The notes under the pieces are model-generated. The model was given only the letters and a program-made list of their open reading frames with translations. It was not told the origin of the DNA and made no database searches. From a virus (taxonomy: Duplodnaviria > Caudoviricetes), in IMG/VR virus record IMGVR_UViG_3300044987_002418, positions 1-38,778 of that record: a stretch of 38,778 nucleotides of DNA, one strand, 5' to 3'. The translations under genes and the position numbers were made by a program. Below are positions 18,381 to 26,800 of the stretch, one piece after another (the stretch's first letter is position 1; the number at the start of each line of letters is the position of its first letter).

Positions 18381-19990
18381 TGGCAAAAGAAATCAAGTAC
18401 AGCGACAAAGCAAAAAAAGGTCTCAAAAGAGGAGTTGATAAAATGGCAAATGCTGTTAAAGTAACACTTGGACCTCAAGGAAGAAATGTAATGATAGATG
18501 CTCCTTTTGGAATGCCTCTAATCATTAATGATGGAGTTACAGTAGCTAAATCTATTGATTTAACAGATAGATTGGAAAATATGGGTGCAGCTTTAGTAAG
18601 AGGTGTAGCTTCAAAAACTGATGAAAAAGCAGGAGATGGAACTACTACAGCCACTGTTTTAGCCCAAGTAATGGTAGGAGAAGGTCTTAGAGCTATTGCA
18701 GTAGGATTAAATCCTATTGAAGTTAAAAGAGGAATGGATAAAGCTGTAAAAGCTATTACTGAAAACCTTTTAAAGTTAGCACATACAATTGGAACTGAAG
18801 GGGCAGAAATGCAACAGGTTGCTATGATTTCTGCCAACAATGATGAAGAAATTGGTGAAATGATTGGTCAGGCTTATTCTAAAGTAGGCAAAGAGGGTGT
18901 GATTTCTATTGAAGAATCTACCACAACTTCTACTTATGTAGATTTAGCTGAAGGTATGGAATTTGATAGTGGTTATTTTTCTCCTTATTTTGTAAATACA
19001 CCTGATGGAGAAGTCCATTTAAAGGATGTGTGCATTCTTGTTGCAGAGGAAAAAATTGAAAAAATGGAGCAGATTATGTCTGCTTTAGAACATTCTATTG
19101 GTCAAGGAAAAGCTTTACTTATCATTGCTAAAGATTTTGACCCTGAAGTAGTTAGAACTTTAATTATTAATAAAATGGAAGCTCAAGCTGCCATTGCAAT
19201 AGTTAAAAGCCCAGGCTTTGGAGAAAGAAAAAAAGATTATCTTGAAGATATCTCAATAGTAGTAGGAGGAACTATCAGAAGCAAGCAATTGAATAGATTT
19301 TTATCCAAAACTACAAAAACTGATTTAGGATATTGTGAGTCTGTTAAAATAGACTATCATAAAACTACCTTAGTTGGTGGTGGTGGAACTAAAGAAATGC
19401 TTGATTTTAGAATCAAAGAAATTGAAGCTCAAAAAGTTACAGCTGAAAATGATTATGAAAAAGAGCAGTATGATAAAAGAATTGCCAAACTTAAAAATGG
19501 TGTTGGTGTTATCTATGTAGGTGCTCCTACTGAAGTTGAAGCAAAGGAAAAAAGAGAGAGAATCAAAGATGCTCTTAATGCAACAAAAGCTGCTTTACAA
19601 GAAGGAATTGTCTGTGGTGGGGGGGTAGCATTAATTCAAGCTACACAAGGAATAAGTCTTGATTGCAATGATGCTCAAAAAGCAGGTGTAAAAATAATTT
19701 TAAAAGCTTGTGAAGCACCTCTTAAACAAATAGCAGAAAATGCAGGAGTTAATGGAGAAGTTGTACTTAATAAAGTATTAGAAGGTCCTACTAATTCAGG
19801 GTATGATGCCAAAGAAAATAAATATGTAAAAGACATGTTTAAAGCTGGTATTATTGACCCTGTAAAAGTAACCAGAATTGCACTTGAAAATGCAAGTTCT
19901 ATTGCAGGAATGATATTGACCACTGAATGTACCCTTGTGGACATTGTAGAACAAAATCAACCTCAACCAAGGCTACCTAATTTCAGATAA
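18380..19990 (+). CDS. groEL: Chaperonin GroEL
   Basis: AVKVTLGP, NDGVTVAK, AGDGTTTATVLA, PGFG, DALNAT, GGGVAL and GIIDPVKVTR. Confidence 0.97.
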   Translation: MAKEIKYSDKAKKGLKRGVDKMANAVKVTLGPQGRNVMIDAPFGMPLIINDGVTVAKSIDLTDRLENMGAALVRGVASKTDEKAGDGTTTATVLAQVMVGEGLRAIAVGLNPIEVKRGMDKAVKAITENLLKLAHTIGTEGAEMQQVAMISANNDEEIGEMIGQAYSKVGKEGVISIEESTTTSTYVDLAEGMEFDSGYFSPYFVNTPDGEVHLKDVCILVAEEKIEKMEQIMSALEHSIGQGKALLIIAKDFDPEVVRTLIINKMEAQAAIAIVKSPGFGERKKDYLEDISIVVGGTIRSKQLNRFLSKTTKTDLGYCESVKIDYHKTTLVGGGGTKEMLDFRIKEIEAQKVTAENDYEKEQYDKRIAKLKNGVGVIYVGAPTEVEAKEKRERIKDALNATKAALQEGIVCGGGVALIQATQGISLDCNDAQKAGVKIILKACEAPLKQIAENAGVNGEVVLNKVLEGPTNSGYDAKENKYVKDMFKAGIIDPVKVTRIALENASSIAGMILTTECTLVDIVEQNQPQPRLPNFR

Positions 19991-19994
19991 CTAT

Positions 19995-20023
19995 AAGGGG
20001 AGATGAAAGTCTCCCCTTTTTTT
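19995..20023 (+). terminator. Rho-independent terminator
   Basis: GGGGAGAT-GAAA-GTCTCCCC followed by T7. Confidence 0.92.
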
Positions 20024-20045
20024 GTATAAATAAAAGAACAAAAGT

Positions 20046-20405
20046 ATGATACAAGATGAACATGGTAATAAATTATATAGAAGAAAAGATAACATTTTTT
20101 TACAATTAGAATCTGAGGCATATCCTAGAAAACTAGGCACTATTGATGAAGAGAATCAGATTATTGTAATGTTTAGAGACTCCTCAAAACATCTTCATAG
20201 AAAATCAAATTCTTATGGATTTAATTTTCAATTATTAAAAACTGCAACAATCTTTAAGACTATAAGATTAGTAGTAGATGATATTCACTACTTAATTCCA
20301 CTTGAATTAATTAGAAAGAAAGGACAATTTCTTTTCTTTAAACAACAAGGATTTGAAAAACAAATTTTCCTCTCATTAGAGGAGATAATACCCTGTATAG
20401 TATGA
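20046..20405 (+). CDS. Hypothetical protein
   Basis: 119-aa ORF overlapping the next gene (ATGA-type packing). Confidence 0.65.
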   Translation: MIQDEHGNKLYRRKDNIFLQLESEAYPRKLGTIDEENQIIVMFRDSSKHLHRKSNSYGFNFQLLKTATIFKTIRLVVDDIHYLIPLELIRKKGQFLFFKQQGFEKQIFLSLEEIIPCIV

Positions 20406-20608
20406 ACTTAGAAATTAATATTGTAGAAGCTGCAGCTGAATTAGCTGAAAGAGATGTAAATAAAGAACTTGATGACCAAACTCTTATTTATATATTTGAT
20501 GAAGAAGGAAATTCTACATACACAGAACAAGCACAAGAATTGTTTAATGCTTATTATGATGAGTATTTTGACATATTATTAAACTGTAAAACATCAAAAG
20601 ATGATTAA
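20402..20608 (+). CDS. Small highly acidic protein
   Basis: 18 D/E versus 4 K/R in 68 aa. Confidence 0.7.
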   Translation: MNLEINIVEAAAELAERDVNKELDDQTLIYIFDEEGNSTYTEQAQELFNAYYDEYFDILLNCKTSKDD

Positions 20609-21077
20609 AATGCAAATAAAAACTGAAGAGGGAGTTTTTGTCCCTCTTTATGAAAATAATTTAGTTTCAGGTTTTGACTTGATGGCTAAAAGCTTTAAAA
20701 AACTATTTAAAGGAAACAAAGAAGTACAATTAGATAGCAAACTTCAAAAATCTCTTGAAGAAGGTTATCTTACTTTAAGAGGTTTTGAAAGAGTCTTAAT
20801 TGGTACAGGGATTACAGCAGATGTTCCACAAGGATATGAAATTCAAATCAGAGATAGAGCAGGAAATGCCTTGAAGAAAGGACTTTTAGTTGCTAATTCT
20901 CCTGGAACAATTTCAGCAGCTTACAAAGGAGAAATAACTGTTGTTTTAATCAACAATACTCCTTTTTTATGTAGAGTTACCCTTGGAGACAGAATTGCTC
21001 AAGGAGTAGTAACAAAAGTAATTCATACTATGTGGGAACAAGTAAAAGAGTTTCCTCCTAGTGATTTAAAGGACTAA
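20601..21077 (+). CDS. dut: Trimeric dUTPase homologue, probably catalytically impaired
   Basis: Motif 1 GFDL, IGTG and motif 4 GDRIAQ are present. Motif 2 reads RDRAG, motif 3 reads GTISAAYKGE, and motif 5 is absent. Confidence 0.85.
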   Translation: MIKMQIKTEEGVFVPLYENNLVSGFDLMAKSFKKLFKGNKEVQLDSKLQKSLEEGYLTLRGFERVLIGTGITADVPQGYEIQIRDRAGNALKKGLLVANSPGTISAAYKGEITVVLINNTPFLCRVTLGDRIAQGVVTKVIHTMWEQVKEFPPSDLKD

Positions 21078-21081
21078 TTAT

Positions 21082-21300
21082 ATGTCAATAGAAAAAGTTC
21101 AAATGTTTACAGTTGTTTGTGATAATTGTAAAAAAAGTGCAGATGAAAATACTATGTATTCTTGTTGGAATGATATTAATACAGCTCAAGATATTGCAAT
21201 GGAAGCTTATTATATTAAAGAAGGGGATAATCATTATTGCCCAGATTGTTATAGTTATGATGATAATGACATTTTAATTTTAAAAAAAATAGGATTATGA
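21082..21300 (+). CDS. Small zinc-finger protein
   Basis: CDNC...HYCPDC. Confidence 0.75.
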   Translation: MSIEKVQMFTVVCDNCKKSADENTMYSCWNDINTAQDIAMEAYYIKEGDNHYCPDCYSYDDNDILILKKIGL

Positions 21301-21608
21301 GCAAAGAAATAAAACTCAGAGCAATTGATGTCTTTAGACATACATTATCTGACCACAAAGCTTTAGGTAAAGTATCTAAAGAGGGAATGCAAAAAGATGC
21401 TATTGAAAAAATGGCAGGCCCAGCAATTGAAGAAGCAATGATTAAATTTGCTATTTACCATACTAGCTTGGCTATAGCTAAGATTAAAAAAGACCTTCTA
21501 ATACCATTACAAGATTTACATAATGTTTATTATAGTGATGAATTTGGTAATGGTAAAACAGGACATCAACTTTTTAAAGAAATTTATCCACTTGAAAATA
21601 TAATATAA
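21297..21608 (+). CDS. Hypothetical protein
   Basis: Coupled ORF (ATGA / TAATG overlaps). Confidence 0.65.
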   Translation: MSKEIKLRAIDVFRHTLSDHKALGKVSKEGMQKDAIEKMAGPAIEEAMIKFAIYHTSLAIAKIKKDLLIPLQDLHNVYYSDEFGNGKTGHQLFKEIYPLENII

Positions 21609-22321
21609 TGGATAGAATACAGAAAATAATTGATACCTGTTCAGAACAAGCTCAAGAACTTATAGACTTTGGTAACTCAAAAGAACAAAGAGAAGGGTAT
21701 GGAATGAGAAGAGTCATTGATGAAATAATTAGACAAAAAAAAAAGAAATTTTTAAAGAAATTAAAGATGGGAGGAAATAGATTTTATACCAGAGCATCTG
21801 GTTATAGTATGCAAGAAGCATATAAAAAAGCTTCTGATGCAGCAGAGGATGAATATGGTCATCAACAAGGTTATACTGGAGAAATTAATGCCACAGCAGG
21901 TTTTAGAGACCTTACTGAAGAATATAAAAAAAGTAAACTACCATCATTAAGTGAATTTCAAAACAAACTTGATAATGAAAATAGGCTTACTAAAGGTAAT
22001 GCTTATGGTATTTGTCAAAGAGAGCCTGTATTAAACAAAAACAAAGTCAAAACTACTGTTGAAGACAAAGTGCTTAAAGGTACAAGAGTCTGGAAAATGG
22101 TTTATGTAGTTTATGACTATGATAGAGAACTTGGACATTCAGCTTTAAAGGCTGATGCTGTAAAAGTAGCAAGAATACATACTGAGAAAACAAAAAGAAA
22201 AACTTTTGTTGTAGTTGAGAGAAGGTCTATACAAAATGCCACTGTAGCTGAAATCAAGTATAAAGAGGGACCTCATGAAGCTCCAGGAGAATATGTTTTC
22301 TTTGGAATAGCAAGTTGTTAA
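21608..22321 (+). CDS. Hypothetical protein (possibly two genes; internal start at 21767)
   Basis: A10 tract at 21735-21744 followed by an AT-rich segment and ATG 21767. Confidence 0.6.
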   Translation: MDRIQKIIDTCSEQAQELIDFGNSKEQREGYGMRRVIDEIIRQKKKKFLKKLKMGGNRFYTRASGYSMQEAYKKASDAAEDEYGHQQGYTGEINATAGFRDLTEEYKKSKLPSLSEFQNKLDNENRLTKGNAYGICQREPVLNKNKVKTTVEDKVLKGTRVWKMVYVVYDYDRELGHSALKADAVKVARIHTEKTKRKTFVVVERRSIQNATVAEIKYKEGPHEAPGEYVFFGIASC

Positions 22322-22322
22322 A

Positions 22323-22532
22323 ATGAGAAAAAGTAAAAGACAATGGGAGGAGGAACATAAAAAATGTGTTTCTTCTCCTTATTATTTTTACATTAATTAT
22401 GTAAAAGTAATTGGAGCAGATGGGGAGTTAATAGCTCCAGATACAAGAATGACTGAAGAGGAATTTAACAAAGCTTATGAAGGTATGTCTCAAGAAGGGC
22501 TAACTTTAAGTAAAAACAGAAGAAGAAGATAA
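22323..22532 (+). CDS. Small protein resembling the N-terminus of T4-type large terminase
   Basis: EEEHKKCVSSPYYFYINYVKV resembles the E-x-x-K-C-x-x-D-P-x-Y-F-x-x-N-Y-x-K-I pattern (from memory). Confidence 0.5.
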   Translation: MRKSKRQWEEEHKKCVSSPYYFYINYVKVIGADGELIAPDTRMTEEEFNKAYEGMSQEGLTLSKNRRRR

Positions 22533-22762
22533 TGGAAACTAAACTTTGGCTTAGTACAGGACCTCAAAATATTAAGCCTACTGATACAATTAGAAGTACT
22601 AAAAGGTTACATGCCTTTTGTACTTCTAATTCTATTAGAGATGCTTTAGTGAAGTCTCAGGGAGGTTGGTATTGGTTACAGAAAGATGGTACACTTAGAT
22701 TTATAGATAGGTGTTTAGACAATATAACATTTGAAGAAGTGTTTAACTTAAAAAATACATAA
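22532..22762 (+). CDS. Hypothetical protein
   Basis: TAATG-coupled 76-aa ORF. Confidence 0.6.
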   Translation: METKLWLSTGPQNIKPTDTIRSTKRLHAFCTSNSIRDALVKSQGGWYWLQKDGTLRFIDRCLDNITFEEVFNLKNT

Positions 22763-22763
22763 A

Positions 22764-22943
22764 ATGGCAAAAGAATTAGTACCTGTAGAGTATATAGGTG
22801 ATGGCTTATATATAAAAGATAATGGCTTTAATGTAGCTATTGCAATAAATGACCATAGAAATGAAGTTGCTTATATTGATATGGATGACATTGATAAAGC
22901 AATTGAGTATTTACAAAAAGTAAAAGAAAGACTAAAAGGATGA
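22764..22943 (+). CDS. Small hypothetical protein (59 aa, not in the ORF track)
   Basis: MAKELVPVEYIGDGLYIKDNGFNVAIAINDHRNEVAYIDMDDIDKAIEYLQKVKERLKG. It fills the gap exactly and has an ATGA overlap with 22940. Confidence 0.75.
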   Translation: MAKELVPVEYIGDGLYIKDNGFNVAIAINDHRNEVAYIDMDDIDKAIEYLQKVKERLKG

Positions 22944-23152
22944 AAAAGCTTTGTATAAAATGTCTTGAGAAAAAAGATATTAAAGAATTTAATGATTCTA
23001 GTAATCCAGTGCCATCAGTGATAGGAACTTGTAAAAGTTGTCTTAAGAAGTATAATGCTGCTTATTATAAAGACCACATGGAACAAATAATAGAGAATCA
23101 AAAACTTAGAAAAGATGTCTACAGAAAAAATCGTAAAAGAAGAGAAAGCTAG
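22940..23152 (+). CDS. Small basic Zn-finger protein, like the N-terminal module of HNH/EndoVII nucleases
   Basis: KLCIKC..K...EF...CKSC followed by a basic helix; no nuclease domain. Confidence 0.65.
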   Translation: MKKLCIKCLEKKDIKEFNDSSNPVPSVIGTCKSCLKKYNAAYYKDHMEQIIENQKLRKDVYRKNRKRRES

Positions 23153-23483
23153 GATTAAATTAATGCCTATTTTTCCTGACCATACTACTTTTGAGTATAT
23201 AGAAAAGTCTGGTAAAAAAAAATTTACTGTTACTTCTAGTGTTAGGATTCATTTTGAAGAATTATGGAATTTAGAAGTGTATCTTTATCCTGTAGAAACT
23301 ACAGCTTATGTAAAAGGAACTGTTAGCAAAAGAGAACTTGTTTTAGTACACCTTAATAGATGTTTAGTTTTAGCTAAATACCTAATGGTTAGAAGAGAAA
23401 CAATAGAAGGGCTTCCTTTAGTAGAGACTTTAGATAAAAAAGCTGAAGACTTTTCAGAAAAATTATGGCACTATTTTCCATAA
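23115..23483 (+). CDS. Hypothetical protein
   Basis: 122-aa ORF, the last clear gene of the + strand block. Confidence 0.6.
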   Translation: MSTEKIVKEEKARIKLMPIFPDHTTFEYIEKSGKKKFTVTSSVRIHFEELWNLEVYLYPVETTAYVKGTVSKRELVLVHLNRCLVLAKYLMVRRETIEGLPLVETLDKKAEDFSEKLWHYFP

Positions 23484-23519
23484 AAAAGAATAACCTCCTA
23501 AAATTAATAGGAGGTTATT
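23482..23519. terminator. Terminator hairpin, possibly bidirectional
   Basis: AATAACCTCCTA / TAGGAGGTTATT 12-bp stem; the A-run on the left gives a U tail on the - strand. Confidence 0.75.
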
Positions 23520-23610
23520 GTTAATTAATCGTTCAAAAATAATTAAAATGAAAGTTTTACCACAAACTTGAACACAAATATAACAACTATTATTTAATAA
23601 GTAAAAGATT

Positions 23611-23772
23611 ATGAGAGCAAATTTAGGAGAAATCTTTATAATAAAGATTATCAATGGTTTACCAACCTGCAGAGACAAAGTAGTAAAAATAAGTAATATC
23701 CTTTTTACACTACTTAAAAGTAAAGGAAAGAATGCAACAATTGCTGTGTTAGAACATAGTGTACAATTTTAA
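23611..23772 (+). CDS. Possible 53-aa ORF between two hairpins
   Basis: MRANLGEIFIIKIINGLPTCRDKVVKISNILFTLLKSKGKNATIAVLEHSVQF; A-rich leader; the stop abuts the next hairpin. Confidence 0.3.
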   Translation: MRANLGEIFIIKIINGLPTCRDKVVKISNILFTLLKSKGKNATIAVLEHSVQF

Positions 23773-23810
23773 AAAAATAAGCCAAATCTCTTAATTGAGG
23801 TTTGGCTTAT
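23771..23810 (-). terminator. Rho-independent terminator of the - strand cargo/RNAP operon
   Basis: ATAAGCCAAATCTC / GAGGTTTGGCTTAT stem with an A-run on the left (U tail on - strand), 21 nt after the stop of the 1572-aa gene. Confidence 0.85.
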
Positions 23811-23831
23811 CAAAAAATTTAGGCTACCATT

Positions 23832-26800
23832 TTATTGTTTCTTTTGATTTTCATCATAAGAAAATCTAGCTGGGTAAGGGTGCTCAACTTCTATCCCCTG
23901 ATTAACTTGTTTTTCTATTATATCTAAAGTAAGTTTTTGCTCTTCTGCAGATAAATTATCATAATTATAATCTTCTTTTAGATTTTCAATTTGTTCAAGT
24001 TTGTATTCTGTTCTTTGTCCTTTAATTTCACTTCTTTCTGTTTTATAATCTGTATCAAACATTGTATCTATGTACTCTGTACTATTAAAATCTCTTTGAG
24101 CAGATTTTTCAAAGCCTAATTGTTTAACAAAAGAAGGTAAAAATAAATCCTTTCCTAAATTACCTGCTTTGCTTTGACCTGCAGTTACACCTGATTTAAT
24201 AGTATCAGTACCATTAAATATACCAGCTAGAGTTGCTGGTAATTTAACAATATTTGTAAAAGTCTTTATTGCAATATTAGAATTATAAGTATCAACAGTA
24301 AAAGAAATAGGATTTTGAAAAGATTCAAGTTCATTTATCATTCCTGATATTTGATTTTCAAGAATAAAATACATTGTTTTTTCTTTTTCAGTTCTAGCAT
24401 TATTAGTATAATATGGATTAGGTTGTCCATTTCCAAATGTTTTAGGTTCATCATCATCTCCTCCACCAAGTGCAGATTTCCACAATATTTTAAATAAAAC
24501 AAGAGTAAGTAAAATAGAAATTTCTCCCACAATACTTTGTAAATTTTGTTCATCTTCCTTACTAACAGCAATACTACTTAAATCAGCACTACCAATTCGT
24601 TGTTTTCCTGAAAAACCATTTACAGGTAAAGCTATCATTTTTTGTACAATAGCTCTAGCAAAAATTGACATTTCTTTTACTGCAAGTAAGTCAGAGAATA
24701 ATCCACCTGTTTCTCTATCCATCTTTTTGGCTATAAATCTACTAACTCCTATAGCAGCAGCCCCTGCAATAAGTGTACCCACAGGTCCTGCAGCAAGAAA
24801 ACCTAATGTACCTGCTGTTACAAGAGCAGTACTAGTTCTATGAGAAGTGTATATACCATTTATTCCTTTTTTACCTAGTATTAAATTGTCTTGTTTATAG
24901 GCAATTCTAGCCCAAACATAATTTGGCAACCAACTTTTAAATAACATTACTGTTTTACCAACTGCATATTTTTTTATTAAAGTAACTCCAGATTTAGAGT
25001 AATCCCCATTAGCAATTGAGATAACTTCACTCATATAAAGTTTAATAGCTCCTGCTTCTTTACTAGAAACATTCTCCCAAGTAGAAAGGTTATCTTTAGT
25101 GTGTTCATTTTCTAAATCTGCAAATTCAGGTTTTAGTTTAAGTTTACCATCTTTAATTTCATAAGCAGGCAACCCTGTCCCATCAAAAATAGGATATTCT
25201 ATTCCATTAACATCTTTAATAGTTTTGTCCCCCAACATCGCCAAAATTTGTGGAACTTGATTATTCCACTCTACATATTCAGTGGCATAATAAGGAGAAA
25301 TAACTTGTCTTACACCTGAAGAAACTCCAGAACTCCTTCTTGCTCTGTCCATTTCATTAGTAGCATCTTGAATAATATTAAGTAAATTGACAAGTAATTT
25401 TACTTTTTTCACTTCTTCTTTATAAGAACTATTACCAGGAAGTTTAGAGAGTCCTCTGTAAAAAACAAAACCATTAGCCTTATAAAAATTTTCTTCACTA
25501 TAATATCTTCCTGCATGAACCATTCCTTGTGTAAATCCTTGAAATCTGTTTGTAATAGTACTTTTCAAAGAGTATGCAAGACCTTTAAAGATTGCAAAAG
25601 AATTAATTATTGCATTATATACATTGGTAAGAGTAATATTTTTACCAATGATTTCGATTTCTGCATGAATTTCTTCCTTTTCTGCCTCAGTTAAATTAGC
25701 ATTTTGTAATTTATAATTTAACTCTTTAATTAAATCTTTCTCATAGTCAGTATAAGTTACAGTTACAAATCCTGCAGTGCTTACATCAGAAAGACCTTTG
25801 ATATTTTTATTATACCAATTGTCCATTCTTATTTTAGCATTAACCCTATCACTACCAATTTCTTTTTTCTCTTTATTGCTTCTCATTTTATTAATAGCCC
25901 AATTTTTAAAAGACCTATTAGTACCTTCTCTTTTTATTTCATCATAAAATTCTTTTACAATTTCTAAAGTAGGTTGAGAATCTCTTTGAGCCTTGTATTC
26001 AGCAGTCATTTCAAGATAAGCTCTTACAAGAACTGGAAGATTAGAAGTTTGTGTTTTGGCAACTTCTCCTTCAGCAAACATTTTAATTAAATCCTTAACA
26101 TAAATGTTTTTATTATTAGGATTAGGAAAAGGGATAATAGCTTTTAACCCTTGTGCAGTATCAGGACTTCCAAGTTCTTTTGCCAAGACTTTGTAAAGTT
26201 CTGCTTCATTAGATAAAGGCACATCTAAGTTAACAACATCTTCCCCTTTAAATCCTGTTTCTCTTTGTACTTTAAGTATAGTTAATCTAATGACTTTTTC
26301 TACTTCACTCTCAGTAGACTTAAATTGACTCTTATTTATTTCATCAAAATCATTTGAATCTTTATCTACTCTCGCTGACTCAAACTGAGATTTTAATCCT
26401 TGTTTAAGCCAACTACTTAATTGTACTCTTTTATTAACTCTTGATGCTCCATCAGGGTTTAATAAAATATCAAGAAAACTTTTTTGCATAGATAAAATAG
26501 ACCCATGTACTAATTGCTTTTCTGCATCAGCTAAGGTCATATTAATATATGATAAAGACTCTTCTAAAGACTCCCAAAATTCATATAAATCAGAATCTTG
26601 TTCTATTGTTTTAAAATCTTCATTATAATAATCTGAATTTACTAATTGTGTAGCCCCTGTATTATTATTATAAGTCTCAATTTGTTCTTTAGGAATAAAA
26701 CTATTATAATTCATTAAAGATTGATACTGTATTGAAGTATTATCATTTTCAAAACTTACTCTTCCACCTTGGTTTTCTTTCTTAGATTTTAATACTTCAA

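Noticed and set aside
18475-19944. Antisense ORFs within groEL and the other short nested ORFs in the track (e.g. 2522-2728, 38200-38583)
   Set aside because: These are shadow frames of well-supported genes, with no motifs or independent signals.
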